A DNA stretch of 60,532 bases from Eubacteriales bacterium (GCA_030625575.1 DAOUQP010000001.1:1-60532); one strand, 5' to 3'. Positions 26,739 to 37,602 are shown, numbered from the stretch's first letter. Made by a program: numbers and translations. The notes: generated by a model not told the origin, from the letters alone.

Positions 26739-27806
26739 TTATGCTTCAGTTAGAATTTCACTGTTTTGCATTTCATTAAATTGAGATACACTCTTTATAT
26801 CAATTTTCCAATTAGTAAGTTTTGCAGCCAATCTAGCATTTTGGCCTTCACGTCCAATCGCAAGAGATAATTGATAATCAGGGACAACAACTAATGCGCC
26901 ATGTATTTCTTCTTTGATTATAACATTTTCAACCTTAGATGGACTCAATGCATTTGTGATATAAACAGCAGGGTCTTCACTCCACTCTATAATATCTATT
27001 TTTTCACCACTTAATTCATCAACAACATTTTGTACTCTACTACCCTTTTGTCCAACACAAGATCCAACTGGATCAACATTTTCATTTGATGAATAAACTG
27101 CAATTTTTGAACGAGATCCCGGTTCTCTAGAAATACTTCTGATTTCTACCAATCCATCATGTATTTCAGGTACTTCTAATTCAAACAATCTTTTAACTAA
27201 ACCTATATTGGTTCTTGAGACAAATATCTGAGGAGCTTTGTTGGTTTTTTTGACTTCTGTTATATATGTCTTTATTCTATCTCCAGGTTTATAATGTTCA
27301 TTTTCTATTTGCTCAGTAGGCAGCAACATAGCCTCTGCTCTTCCTAAGTCGATAAATATTGTACCTTTAGAAATTCTCTGAATAATGCCGGTGATTATCT
27401 CAGATTCTCTTGAAACAAATGTATCGTAAATAACATTTCTCTCTGCTTCTCTTATACGTTGAACAACAACTTGTTTTGCCGCCAGCGCTGCAATTCTACC
27501 AAAATTATTTGGAGTTACATCTTTTTCATATACGTCTCCAATAGAGAAGTTAGGATTGATTTCTTTCACAACATCTAAAGAAATTTGATCAAATTCATTT
27601 TCTACTGTTTCTACAATGTTTAAAATCTCTATAACTTTGAACTTTCCAGTTTCTTCATCAATTTCGACCTTAATATTTATTGCACTTCCAAAATTCTTTT
27701 TATATGCAGTAATTAAAGCTGCTTCAACTGATTCAATTAATATTTCAGCTGAAATGCCTTTATCTTTTTCAATTTGATAAATAGCATCAAATAATTCGTT
27801 CTTCAT
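26739..27806 (-). CDS. nusA: Transcription termination/antitermination factor NusA
   Basis: 355 aa with N-terminal domain, S1 and two KH domains (GSCVGQKGSRVQ, AIGREGQNARLA). Confidence 0.96.
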   Translation of the reverse strand: MKNELFDAIYQIEKDKGISAEILIESVEAALITAYKKNFGSAINIKVEIDEETGKFKVIEILNIVETVENEFDQISLDVVKEINPNFSIGDVYEKDVTPNNFGRIAALAAKQVVVQRIREAERNVIYDTFVSRESEIITGIIQRISKGTIFIDLGRAEAMLLPTEQIENEHYKPGDRIKTYITEVKKTNKAPQIFVSRTNIGLVKRLFELEVPEIHDGLVEIRSISREPGSRSKIAVYSSNENVDPVGSCVGQKGSRVQNVVDELSGEKIDIIEWSEDPAVYITNALSPSKVENVIIKEEIHGALVVVPDYQLSLAIGREGQNARLAAKLTNWKIDIKSVSQFNEMQNSEILTEA

Positions 27807-27821
27807 CTTTTTCCTCCTTAT

Positions 27822-28289
27822 TTAAAATTCAGCGATTAATTTTACTGAAGCCGCCTTATCTCTAGGAATAACAATATTATTCTCTACCAGTTCACTATCG
27901 ACTATAATTTGTTTATCAATATAGTCAACCAAAGTACCTATGATTATTTTTTGACCATTGATTGTTTGATACAATTTTATCTGTATTTTTTTTCCTTTGA
28001 ATTTAGTAAAATCGCTATCTTTTTTTAATGTTCTTTCAACTCCTGGCGAAGATACTTCAAGATAATAATTTTCTTCAATCGGGTCTATTTCATCTAGCTT
28101 TTGATTGAGAAATGTACTTACTGCCTGACAATCGTCTAAAGAAACTCCACCTTCTTTATCAATATAAACTCTCAAATATCTATGAGGTCCTTCTTTGACA
28201 AATTCAATATCTACTAATTCATAGTTGTTCTCTTCTAAAAATGGTGTTACTTTTGCACTTACAATTTGTGCAACTGTTCCCTTACTCAT
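27822..28289 (-). CDS. rimP: Ribosome maturation factor RimP
   Basis: 155 aa. LRVYIDKEGGVSLDDC...LEVSSPGVERTLK. Confidence 0.93.
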   Translation of the reverse strand: MSKGTVAQIVSAKVTPFLEENNYELVDIEFVKEGPHRYLRVYIDKEGGVSLDDCQAVSTFLNQKLDEIDPIEENYYLEVSSPGVERTLKKDSDFTKFKGKKIQIKLYQTINGQKIIIGTLVDYIDKQIIVDSELVENNIVIPRDKAASVKLIAEF

Positions 28290-28302
28290 ATTTTAACCTC
28301 CT

Positions 28303-28340
28303 CTTTTACAACAACAAAGAGTGGGAAATCCCCACTCTTT
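28303..28340 (-). terminator. Terminator-like hairpin in the rimP-nusA leader, with an interrupted U-tract
   Basis: Minus strand AAAGAGTGGG-GATTT-CCCACTCTTT (10-bp stem) followed by GTTGTTGTAAAAG, then the SD GAGGAGG of rimP. Confidence 0.5.
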
Positions 28341-28365
28341 TGTCAATCATCTATACGTTTACACT

Positions 28366-28394
28366 ATTTTATCATAGTATTAGAAGTTTTGCAA
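28366..28394 (-). promoter_or_regulatory. Promoter of the rimP-nusA-infB operon, overlapping the polC stop codon
   Basis: Minus strand TTGCAA (28394-28389), 17-nt spacer, TAAAAT (28371-28366), with an extended TG (TGATAAAAT). Confidence 0.55.
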
Positions 28395-31300
28395 ATCTAA
28401 GAATTGCAATTGATTTGTTTCCGGAAGGTTCTTGAGACAACCGTGTATTCCTAGAGTCTCAATAACAGTTTTAGAACTTTTAGTTCTAATTCTCAAATCT
28501 TCTTTAGATATGAATTCTTCTCTTTGACCTTCATTATAAATATTTCTGGCGACGTTTTCTCCAACTCCAGACAAAGCCTGCAACGGAGGTAATATTTTCC
28601 CGTCTTCAACTCTAAATTCATTATAATGCGACTGATAAAGATTCACCTTTAAAAATTCAAAACCTCTAGCGTACATTTCATAAACAACTTCTAGTACAGT
28701 TGATAAATCTTGTTCTTTTTTAGTCGCCTTATCAATTTTACTGATTTCATCCAGTTTAAGCCTCACCGCTTCTTTTCCTTGCGTAATTAATTCTGCGTCA
28801 AAATCAGCTACTTTTGATGCAAAATAAGTGGCATAGAAAGCGAGGGGATAATGTACTTTAAAATATGCTATTCTAAACGACATCATTACATAGGCAGCTG
28901 CATGTGCTTTTGGAAACATATATTTGATTTTATTACACGAATCTATATACCACTTCGGAATATCATGTTGATTCATCAATTTAATTTGATCTTCGGTAAG
29001 ACCTTTACCTTTTCTTACTCTTTCCATAATAGTAAACGCTTCTTTATGCGGCAAATCATTTTGAATCAAGTAATTCATAATGTCATCTCTTGTCGATATT
29101 ACATCCTTGAGCTTTGCAGTATTAGAGCGCACCAATTCCTGAGCATTATTGATCCATACATCGGTTCCATGGCTAAGACCGGAAATCCTAACTAGTTCGG
29201 CAAACGTCGTCGGATTTGTATCTTTCAACATTTGTCTAACGAATTTGGTTCCAAATTCAGGTATTCCAAGACTACCGATTTCTTCTTTATAATTATTATC
29301 GATTTTTTTCAAAGCTTTTGTCGATGTAAATATAGATATTGTGTCTTTGTCATCTAGAGGTACATCTTGAATATCAACACCCGTTATAAGCTCAAGCTGT
29401 CTAATGATCGTCGGAACATCATGTCCTAGAATATCAAGTTTCAATATTCTACCGCTTATTGAATGATAATCGAAATGAGTTGTTATAACTCCAGAACTAG
29501 AATCGTTTGCAGGATACTGTATTGGTGTAAAGTCATGAATGTCTTTGTAGTTAGGTACAACCATGATGCCTCCAGGATGCTGTCCAGTGGTTCTTCTTAT
29601 ACCAGTACATCCTTTTATCAGTCTATTGATTTCACGGTTGCTTACCTTTATATCATTATCCTCGAAGTAATTCTTAACAAATCCATATGCTGTTTTATCG
29701 GCAATCGTTCCAATAGTTCCAGCTTTATAAACATATCCTTCACCAAATAGAACTTCTGTGTATTTATGTGAGTTGGCCTGATATACACCAGCAAAATTCA
29801 AGTCGATATCAGGTTCTTTGTCTCCTTCAAAACCTAAGAAAACTTCAAAGGGGATATCATGTCCATCTTTTTTAAGATTTTCGCCACACTCCGGACATGT
29901 TTTATCAGGCAAATCCACCCCGCTGCCACTCATTTCAGAACTTGTAAATTCACTATATTTGCAATTATTACAAATATAATGAGGAGGCAATGGATTAACC
30001 TCGGTAATATCGCTCATGGTAGCTGCAAAGGACGATCCGACAGATCCTCTCGATCCTACAAGAAATCCATCTTCCAATGATTTGGCAACCAACTTTTGTG
30101 CAATTATATACATTACAGCATAACCATTTGAAATTATTGAATTCAGTTCTCTTTCAAGTCTTTTCTCAACAATTTCAGGTAACGCTTCGCCATAAATCTT
30201 TCGAGCTTTTTGATAACACATATTTCTCAGATCTTCTTCTGAACCTTCTATTTTAGGAGGAAATGTGCCTTTAGGTATTGGTAATATCGAATCATCAATT
30301 AGGTCGGCAATCAAATTTGTATTTTTTACAACTACTTCATATCTCTTTTGCTGATCTAAGAAACTAAAATCTTCTGATATTTCATCTGTTGTCTTAAAAT
30401 GCAACGGAGGTTGATCTGTATCTCTATATTTTTGACCAGCCATCAAAATTTTTCTATAAATTGAATCACTTGGTTCTAAAAAATGTACATCTCCAGTGGC
30501 TACAACCGGCTTTTGAGTCAATTCACCAAGTTTAATGATTTTTTTAATGATATCTCTTAACTGATTTTCACTTTTTAATTTGCCGTTTTTTATCAAATGG
30601 TAACTATTTGCAATAGGTTGTATCTCGAAGTAATCATAGAATTTGGCAACCTCAAGCATTTCTTCGGGTTGAAGACCTTTGATGAATCCTTGATAAATCT
30701 CTCCAGAATCACATGCGCTACCCAATAGTAAACCTTTTCTATAATTATTGATCAATGATTTTGGCAACCTCGGTTTTTTATAATAATATTTCAAATGCGA
30801 TTCTGAAATCAATTTGTATAGATTTTTCAAACCACTTTGAGTTTGCGTCAGGATAGTGACATGAAAAAATTCTCTTGAGTTCAAATTTTTATCATCTATT
30901 TGAATATTATTGACATCGGAAAGTATTTTTATTCCTCTACTTTCTAAATCATTAAGCTGATTGATAAATATTTTCGCCGTGGCAACTGCATCGTCAACCG
31001 CCCTATGGTGATTTTCTAAAACTATTCCATAATACTTGACTAAATTACTTAATTTATGTCGTTTGATATTCTTGAGTAATATTCTACTCAATTTTAGTGT
31101 ATCAATAATAATGTTATCAAATTTATATTGAAATTCCTTGCAATTGAATTTGATAAAACTTGTATCAAAATCTGCATTATGAGCAATAACCGGCAAATCG
31201 CCTATGAATTCCAAAAATTTCGGTAAAGCGATTCCAACAGTTTCTTTACCTTTTAAATCATCATCGGTTATTCCTGTCAACTCAATAATTTTTAAAGGAA

Positions 31301-32645
31301 GTGCAACCTCAGGATCGATCAACACATTGAAACTATCGATAATCTCTCTATTCTTGATTTTCACTGCACCGATCTCAATTATTTTATCCGCAGTATATGA
31401 AAAACCTGTAGTCTCGATGTCAAAAATAATAAATTCTTGATCTAAATCCAAATCATTGGCATTATTGATAATTTTACTCATATCATCGAAGAGGTACCCT
31501 TCAACTCCATAAATAACTTTGATATCATGTGCTTTTGCAGCATCCATCGCATCAGGAAACGCCTGTATCACACCGTGGTCAGTAATAGCGACCGCGCTAT
31601 GTCCCCATTCTTTCGCTCTAGCAATTAAATCTTTAACAGGGGTGATTCCATCCATTTCACTCATATTTGTATGAAGATGCAGCTCTACTCTTTTCTCAGG
31701 AGAATTATCTTCTCTAACAACTTCTTTAACATCTAACTTATTAATCGCATTTGGAAATAAAATCAATTCTTTTCCAAAAGTATCATATCGAATGGTTCCT
31801 TCAAAGGCATAATATTGATTAATATCAATGCTTTCATATAATTGCTCAAAATCTTTCTTTGTCAAAAACAATTTTACACCAATCGAATCAGTTAAATCAG
31901 TGATTGATATGGTAACTAATATTTTGCCGCCCTTTAATTCTCTTTTTTCTTTTTCAAATACTTTACCATGAACAAGCACCTTTGTTTCTTCTTCGATGAT
32001 ATCGCATATTTTTTCAACGTTGCCTTTTGTCATGCGTTTGTAAATAACTGAACCTGAATTGGTTTTTGCGGTTTTTTTACTTTCTTTTTTGTTTTCACTG
32101 ATATTTACTTCTTTAAGAGCTTCTTTTACAATCTCTCTTTCCTTTGTTTCTTGATCATTACTAAATACCTCTAATTTATCTTCATTGTTGATATGGCATT
32201 TTATATTTACATTGATGCCGTATTTTTCGCTATACATATTTTGTATCGAATTATCGATTTTATTGTTCTTTATCATATCTATAGACATTTCACTATCCAA
32301 AGTAACAATAATTTCATTGTTGACTTCTCTTCTCTTTGATTCCAATAATAATTGTTGAACAACAGGCATTTTCTGTGTTGTCTCTACAACTATCTCATTC
32401 CAAAGGTCTAAAGGAATAGTGGAATCAATAGATTTTCTTCTCAATTCTTCAAACTTTATAGAATCAACGTAAGGCAAGGCTACTTGAATATCTTCAATTA
32501 GTCCTTTAATTGATGTTTGAGTCAATTGGTGATCATCAGCAAGTATGAATTTTAATGTGTTGATGTTTCTATCAAAGATAATTTGGCTAAAAACCTTAGG
32601 ATTATCTAGCGTATTACCAAGTATTTTCTTAAGCTTATTCGACAT
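28380..32645 (-). CDS. polC: DNA polymerase III alpha subunit, PolC type
   Basis: 1421 aa. PHP domain (HLHTNMSEMDG), inserted DEDD exonuclease (IIFDIETTG...HRAVDDA), Zn-finger CNNC...CPEC, and polymerase core. Confidence 0.97.
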   Translation of the reverse strand: MSNKLKKILGNTLDNPKVFSQIIFDRNINTLKFILADDHQLTQTSIKGLIEDIQVALPYVDSIKFEELRRKSIDSTIPLDLWNEIVVETTQKMPVVQQLLLESKRREVNNEIIVTLDSEMSIDMIKNNKIDNSIQNMYSEKYGINVNIKCHINNEDKLEVFSNDQETKEREIVKEALKEVNISENKKESKKTAKTNSGSVIYKRMTKGNVEKICDIIEEETKVLVHGKVFEKEKRELKGGKILVTISITDLTDSIGVKLFLTKKDFEQLYESIDINQYYAFEGTIRYDTFGKELILFPNAINKLDVKEVVREDNSPEKRVELHLHTNMSEMDGITPVKDLIARAKEWGHSAVAITDHGVIQAFPDAMDAAKAHDIKVIYGVEGYLFDDMSKIINNANDLDLDQEFIIFDIETTGFSYTADKIIEIGAVKIKNREIIDSFNVLIDPEVALPLKIIELTGITDDDLKGKETVGIALPKFLEFIGDLPVIAHNADFDTSFIKFNCKEFQYKFDNIIIDTLKLSRILLKNIKRHKLSNLVKYYGIVLENHHRAVDDAVATAKIFINQLNDLESRGIKILSDVNNIQIDDKNLNSREFFHVTILTQTQSGLKNLYKLISESHLKYYYKKPRLPKSLINNYRKGLLLGSACDSGEIYQGFIKGLQPEEMLEVAKFYDYFEIQPIANSYHLIKNGKLKSENQLRDIIKKIIKLGELTQKPVVATGDVHFLEPSDSIYRKILMAGQKYRDTDQPPLHFKTTDEISEDFSFLDQQKRYEVVVKNTNLIADLIDDSILPIPKGTFPPKIEGSEEDLRNMCYQKARKIYGEALPEIVEKRLERELNSIISNGYAVMYIIAQKLVAKSLEDGFLVGSRGSVGSSFAATMSDITEVNPLPPHYICNNCKYSEFTSSEMSGSGVDLPDKTCPECGENLKKDGHDIPFEVFLGFEGDKEPDIDLNFAGVYQANSHKYTEVLFGEGYVYKAGTIGTIADKTAYGFVKNYFEDNDIKVSNREINRLIKGCTGIRRTTGQHPGGIMVVPNYKDIHDFTPIQYPANDSSSGVITTHFDYHSISGRILKLDILGHDVPTIIRQLELITGVDIQDVPLDDKDTISIFTSTKALKKIDNNYKEEIGSLGIPEFGTKFVRQMLKDTNPTTFAELVRISGLSHGTDVWINNAQELVRSNTAKLKDVISTRDDIMNYLIQNDLPHKEAFTIMERVRKGKGLTEDQIKLMNQHDIPKWYIDSCNKIKYMFPKAHAAAYVMMSFRIAYFKVHYPLAFYATYFASKVADFDAELITQGKEAVRLKLDEISKIDKATKKEQDLSTVLEVVYEMYARGFEFLKVNLYQSHYNEFRVEDGKILPPLQALSGVGENVARNIYNEGQREEFISKEDLRIRTKSSKTVIETLGIHGCLKNLPETNQLQFLDLQNF

Positions 32646-32654
32646 ATTATTCCC

Positions 32655-33701
32655 CTATAATTTTTCTATTTCTTTTAATAATTCTTCAACTATATTCTCT
32701 TCCTCGATTTTTCTTATCGGTTTGCCCTTTTTGAACAACAAGGCCTCGCCCTTTCCTCCTGCTATACCGATATCAGCCTCTTTTGCTTCTCCCGGCCCAT
32801 TTACAACGCACCCCATAACAGCAACAGTAATCGGTTTTTTTACAGACTCCAAGGCTTTCTCGACTCTATTTGCAATCTCTATTATATTGATGTTGGTTCT
32901 ACCACAAGTCGGACACGCAATAAGCTTAGGACCAAACAGTCGCAAATCGAGATCTTGCAAAATCATTTTTGCAACTCTGATTTCTTCGACTGGATCAGCC
33001 GAAAGCGAGACGCGAATGGTATCCCCTATATCGCTTAATAAAAGATTACCGATTCCAAGCGCGGATTTTACGGTTCCTCCCAATAAAGTTCCAGCCTCTG
33101 TAACACCAAGGTGAAGAGGATAATCCGATTTTGAGTGAATCAATTTATATGCTTCTATGGTTTTGAGTACATCTGACGACTTCAACGACAATACAATTTG
33201 ATTATAATTTAAATCCTCAAGTATTTTTATGTGATTCAAAGCGCTTTCCACCATGGCTTTCGGCGTTGGTCCTTTATATTTGTCAATAAGATAATCTTCT
33301 ATGCTGCCAGAATTGACACCGATTCTTATAGGTATGTTTTTATCGTTTATACGATCGACTATTTCTTTTACCTTCCACTTGGCTCCAATATTTCCCGGAT
33401 TTATTCTTATCTTGTCTATTCCATTATCAACAGATTCAATAGCCAACCTGTAATCAAAATGAATATCTGCAACTAAAGGAATATGAATTTCTTTTTTTAT
33501 CTCTTTTATCGCCTTTGCAGCATCCATATCTGGAACTGCGACGCGAACGATTTCACACCCCGATTTTTCAAGTTCCAAAATCTGTTTTACAGTCGATTGA
33601 ACATCCTGAGTTTTTGTTGTAGTCATCGATTGAATTATTATTGGATTCGTTCCTCCAATTAAAACGTTTCCAACTTGTACTGTTTTTTTTATCTTTTTCA
33701 T
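32655..33701 (-). CDS. ispG: 4-hydroxy-3-methylbut-2-en-1-yl diphosphate synthase
   Basis: 348 aa. TIM-barrel N-terminal domain and C-terminal Fe-S domain with ACPTCGR...GCVVNGPGE. Confidence 0.95.
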   Translation of the reverse strand: MKKIKKTVQVGNVLIGGTNPIIIQSMTTTKTQDVQSTVKQILELEKSGCEIVRVAVPDMDAAKAIKEIKKEIHIPLVADIHFDYRLAIESVDNGIDKIRINPGNIGAKWKVKEIVDRINDKNIPIRIGVNSGSIEDYLIDKYKGPTPKAMVESALNHIKILEDLNYNQIVLSLKSSDVLKTIEAYKLIHSKSDYPLHLGVTEAGTLLGGTVKSALGIGNLLLSDIGDTIRVSLSADPVEEIRVAKMILQDLDLRLFGPKLIACPTCGRTNINIIEIANRVEKALESVKKPITVAVMGCVVNGPGEAKEADIGIAGGKGEALLFKKGKPIRKIEEENIVEELLKEIEKL

Positions 33702-33711
33702 ATATACACTC

Positions 33712-34713
33712 CTAAAAAAGGTTGATTAAATCTTTGAATAAAATAAATACCATCAAGCCCATAAGTATGGCAAAACCAATAAAATGAACAAATCCTTCCT
33801 TCTCTGGAGGAAGCGGTTTCCCTCTAACTATTTCCAATATTATAAAAACAAGTCTTCCACCATCCAATGCTGGAAATGGAAGCAAGTTTATTATTCCTAA
33901 ATTAATCGATAAATAAGCTGCGATGAATAATAGAGACAAAATTCCCGTATCGGCAGCCTCTCCAATAATACCCACTATTCCAACAGGGCCAATTATTTCT
34001 CCTTCCACTTCATTACCAGATATCATGTCACCCAAAAAAGCAAAAATGCTTTTGAAAATATATACCGTCTGATTCCAACCAGAAGAAATGGATTTCAATA
34101 GTGATTTTTCTATCGTAGGTACAATTCCAACGATTTTCCGATTGGTTTCTTCTTCCAAAGCAGGAGTAATGCGAAAATCCAATAAATTTTCATTTCTTAT
34201 AACTGTTATAAATATATCATCTTCCGAACTTCCGATTGCGTAAGAAACGTCTGCCCATGATTTTATTTCTATATCGTTAATTGTTTTTATCTCGTCTCCA
34301 GGTAAAATGCCCGCTAAAGAAGCCGGATTACCATAAAAAACCTCATCTATCGTAGTTGTTGGAATACCAACATTAAATGAAATAATACCAAGAAGCAAAA
34401 TAGCCAGAATGAAATTCATCAACGGTCCAGCAACTATTACTGATAATCTCTTGAAAGGATTTTGATTTGAAAAGCCTCTAGGATTATCTGATATTTCATC
34501 TTCTCCGTCCATTTTAACAAATCCACCGACAGGAAATAATCTAAGTGAATAATCTGTTTCGCCCTTCTTCTTACTGGCGATTTTAGGTCCGAAACCGATG
34601 CTGAATTCGTTGACTTTAATGCCGTTTAACTTAGCTATAGCAAAATGCCCGCCCTCATGAAACAAAACTATTAATCCAAATACAATAATAAAACTGATAA
34701 TTGTTGTAAACAT
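33712..34713 (-). CDS. rseP: RIP metalloprotease RseP (M50 site-2 protease)
   Basis: HEGGH zinc motif in TM1, a PDZ domain, and LPFPALDGG near the C-terminus. Confidence 0.9.
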   Translation of the reverse strand: MFTTIISFIIVFGLIVLFHEGGHFAIAKLNGIKVNEFSIGFGPKIASKKKGETDYSLRLFPVGGFVKMDGEDEISDNPRGFSNQNPFKRLSVIVAGPLMNFILAILLLGIISFNVGIPTTTIDEVFYGNPASLAGILPGDEIKTINDIEIKSWADVSYAIGSSEDDIFITVIRNENLLDFRITPALEEETNRKIVGIVPTIEKSLLKSISSGWNQTVYIFKSIFAFLGDMISGNEVEGEIIGPVGIVGIIGEAADTGILSLLFIAAYLSINLGIINLLPFPALDGGRLVFIILEIVRGKPLPPEKEGFVHFIGFAILMGLMVFILFKDLINLF

Positions 34714-34723
34714 ATCTAATCTC

Positions 34724-35854
34724 CTATTCTAATCTTTCTCTTATTTCTTTATCTAAAGCAATAATATCTTCTATAGTCGGGTTTATAATTCTTCTATGAT
34801 TCATTAATTCTTTTTCAATTGTATCTGTAATGTCATAAAATCCAATTTGATCTTTTAAATAATGGTGAACCATTATTTCGTTTACAGTATTGTAAATAGT
34901 AGGAAAAGAATCTCCCTTTTCTATTGAATAATACGCTAAATCCAAACCAGGGAACACATCTCTTCTAGGAGCTTCAAATGTCAACTGATTATATTTCATA
35001 AAATCAAATCTTTCCAATTGTATCGGCTTTCGATCTGGGTAATTAAGCGCATAATGAATCGGCAAGCGCATATCCGGCCTACCCATTTGAGCAATTATTG
35101 AAGAATCCTTATACTGCACCAACGAATGAATAATGCTCTGAGGATGAACAACCACTTCAATATTTTCTGGAGCGATGTCGAATAACCACTTTGCCTCGAT
35201 AACTTCTAAACCTTTATTTACTAAAGTTGCAGAATCGATGCTTATTTTTCTACCCATATCCCAGTTGGGATGTTTCAATGCTTCATAAGCTTTTTTATTT
35301 GAAATTTCATTTTTTGACAGGGTTCTAAACGGCCCACCAGATGCCGTCAAAATCAATTTTTCAACACTTGAAATATCGTTGCCTTGAAGACTCTGAAAAA
35401 TCGCACTATGCTCTGAATCAACCGGCAATATGACACTATTGTTATTATAAACTTCTTTCATGATAATATGACCAGCCGTGACTAAAGATTCCTTATTGGC
35501 AAGTGCTAAAACAACTTTATTTTTAGCTGCAGTATATGTCGGTAACAATCCAATATTGCCAACTAAAGCATTAAGCAAAATATCTATTTTTTCTTTGTCT
35601 ATCAAACTTATAATTTTATCCATACCATACAATAATGTCGCATCAAAATTCATTGATTTAGTTTTATTATAAGAATCATAATCTGTAATGACAACATATT
35701 CAGGTTTGAATTCTAAACTTTGTCTATTCAACAGTTCAATGTTCTTATGACCACTGATAAAGACTACCTCATACAATTCTTTGTTTTCTCTAATTACATC
35801 TAGCGTCTGGGTACCGATAGATCCTGTGGATCCTAAAATACCTATTTTTTTCAT
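34724..35854 (-). CDS. dxr: 1-deoxy-D-xylulose-5-phosphate reductoisomerase
   Basis: GSTGSIG NADPH motif. ATG at 35854 (MKKIGILGSTGSIG) preceded by AGGTG. The ORF-track GTG at 35863 overlaps the SD. Confidence 0.95.
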   Translation of the reverse strand: MKKIGILGSTGSIGTQTLDVIRENKELYEVVFISGHKNIELLNRQSLEFKPEYVVITDYDSYNKTKSMNFDATLLYGMDKIISLIDKEKIDILLNALVGNIGLLPTYTAAKNKVVLALANKESLVTAGHIIMKEVYNNNSVILPVDSEHSAIFQSLQGNDISSVEKLILTASGGPFRTLSKNEISNKKAYEALKHPNWDMGRKISIDSATLVNKGLEVIEAKWLFDIAPENIEVVVHPQSIIHSLVQYKDSSIIAQMGRPDMRLPIHYALNYPDRKPIQLERFDFMKYNQLTFEAPRRDVFPGLDLAYYSIEKGDSFPTIYNTVNEIMVHHYLKDQIGFYDITDTIEKELMNHRRIINPTIEDIIALDKEIRERLE

Positions 35855-35884
35855 TTTATACACCTACTTATTTAATCAACTCAC

Positions 35885-35893
35885 ATTATAACA
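35885..35893 (-). promoter_or_regulatory. Extended -10 promoter candidate for dxr
   Basis: Minus strand TGTTATAAT directly after the cdsA terminator T-run. Confidence 0.4.
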
Positions 35894-35926
35894 CAAAAAA
35901 ACTCTTAAAGCTTAGCCTTAAGAGTT
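35893..35926 (-). terminator. Rho-independent terminator after cdsA
   Basis: Minus strand AACTCTTAA-(9-nt loop)-TTAAGAGTT followed by T7. The 5' arm contains the cdsA TAA. Confidence 0.8.
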
Positions 35927-36682
35927 AATGAACAAATATATAATCGGTATGATTATGAGTACGCTATCAAACCTATCCAACATGCCACCGTGCCCTGGCA
36001 TTATAAATCCAAAATCCTTGATTTTAAATGTTCTTTTAATTTTCGAGGCTATTAAATCACCTAGCTGAGATAATATTGTAGTGATAAACACAAATATTAT
36101 AAATACATAAACTGACGATAATGCTTGTAAATTAAAATAATAATAAAAAATCACACTAATCAAAACAGAGCCACATACACCACCTATAGATCCCTCGATG
36201 GTTTTTTTAGGACTTATTGTTGGCGCCAATTTATGTTTTCCAAATATTCTACCAATAAAATATGCAAAAGTATCAGAACCCCATGCAATAACAAAGATCA
36301 TCCATATCATCATGGGAAATTTTGAACTTGCTATCAAATTAAGCAGATAAATCGGAACAATAATATAGAATATTGAAATTTGAAAAATTCCTATTTTTTC
36401 AATATTAAGTTTCTTAGAATTCAACCCCGCAAGTAAAAATACAAACAACAATATAATTAAATATATTTCAAAATAAACAAAGCCGATAAAATATAAGTAA
36501 GCAGTTGTTAATAATCCACCTATAAAAGTATAAAAATTTAAAATACCAGTGGATGAATAATACTCATAAAGAGTAATTCCTATAACGACGAAAGAAGCAA
36601 TTTGAAGTACTAAACCACCCTTTAGAAGTATAAAGAAAAATATCGGTAATGCTATAATTGAGCTGATAAGTCTTTTAATCAT
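35918..36682 (-). CDS. cdsA: Phosphatidate cytidylyltransferase
   Basis: CTP-transferase signature SKIKRTFKIKDFGFIMPGHGGMLDRFDS in a polytopic membrane protein. Confidence 0.9.
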   Translation of the reverse strand: MIKRLISSIIALPIFFFILLKGGLVLQIASFVVIGITLYEYYSSTGILNFYTFIGGLLTTAYLYFIGFVYFEIYLIILLFVFLLAGLNSKKLNIEKIGIFQISIFYIIVPIYLLNLIASSKFPMMIWMIFVIAWGSDTFAYFIGRIFGKHKLAPTISPKKTIEGSIGGVCGSVLISVIFYYYFNLQALSSVYVFIIFVFITTILSQLGDLIASKIKRTFKIKDFGFIMPGHGGMLDRFDSVLIIIPIIYLFINS

Positions 36683-37379
36683 CCGAAAGTCCTCCGAAAC
36701 GTCTATCTCTCTTTGTATATTCTACTAAAGCCTTTTCAAATTCCACTTCATTGAAATCCGGCCAGAAAACATCCGTAAAATATAACTCGGTATATGCCAA
36801 TTGCCACAAAAGAAAATTGCTTAATCTTAATTCTCCACTAGTTCTAATCAACAAATCTGGATCAGGTATATCTTTAGTATATAAATACTTATTGAAACTT
36901 TCTTCAGTAACGGCTTTGACATTATCATTTGAGATAATCTCGTTGATGCCTTTTACTATTTCACTTCTACCACTATAGTTTAAAGCGATATTAACAGTAA
37001 TTGTAGTGTTGCCTTTAGTAATTTCAATAGAATTAGCCACTTCATTTTGTAATTCTTCAGGGAAACTACTCATGTCGCCAATTATATTTAATTTAGCTCC
37101 TTCTTTTAAGAAAGCTTTAGTTTCTTTTCTTAAATAAGCTAAAAGTATATTCATTAACGCGTTAATTTCATCCTTTGGTCTTTTCCAATTTTCAGTTGAA
37201 AAAGCATAAAAAGTCACATGTTTAATGCCTATGTTTTTTGCATAAGTAATAATGCTTCTTAAATTCTCAGTACCTGCTTTATGTCCCATGGTTCTTGGTA
37301 AGAAACGTTTCTTTGCCCAACGACCATTGCCGTCCATTATAAATGCCACATGTACTGGAATCTTCAACTGATTTTTCAT
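36675..37379 (-). CDS. uppS: Undecaprenyl diphosphate synthase
   Basis: HVAFIMDGNGRWA and the cis-prenyltransferase fold. 234 aa. Confidence 0.95.
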   Translation of the reverse strand: MKNQLKIPVHVAFIMDGNGRWAKKRFLPRTMGHKAGTENLRSIITYAKNIGIKHVTFYAFSTENWKRPKDEINALMNILLAYLRKETKAFLKEGAKLNIIGDMSSFPEELQNEVANSIEITKGNTTITVNIALNYSGRSEIVKGINEIISNDNVKAVTEESFNKYLYTKDIPDPDLLIRTSGELRLSNFLLWQLAYTELYFTDVFWPDFNEVEFEKALVEYTKRDRRFGGLSDD

Positions 37380-37389
37380 AAATATCCTC

Positions 37390-37602
37390 CTATAATTGAA
37401 GGGTTGTATAAGCTACAATCAAATGTACTTCTTTTTCAATCATTCTCTGCGCGATAACCATCGTCTCCGATATTTTATAATCGAAATGCTCAATATCTCT
37501 TCTATTGATGGTTTCAGTAATTATAATACTTATACTTTTATCGTATTCATAGATTTTTCGACGCGCTTCATCTATCGGTAAAGATCTAACATCTGGAATC
37601 AT
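37390..37602 (-). CDS. Hypothetical 70-aa protein with a PASTA-like sequence pattern
   Basis: The ATG abuts the frr stop (TAAATG), with GGAG 6 nt upstream. It fills the whole frr-uppS gap. Pattern: IPDVRSLPIDEARRKI...VIAQ...HLIVAY. Confidence 0.5.
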   Translation of the reverse strand: MIPDVRSLPIDEARRKIYEYDKSISIIITETINRRDIEHFDYKISETMVIAQRMIEKEVHLIVAYTTLQL

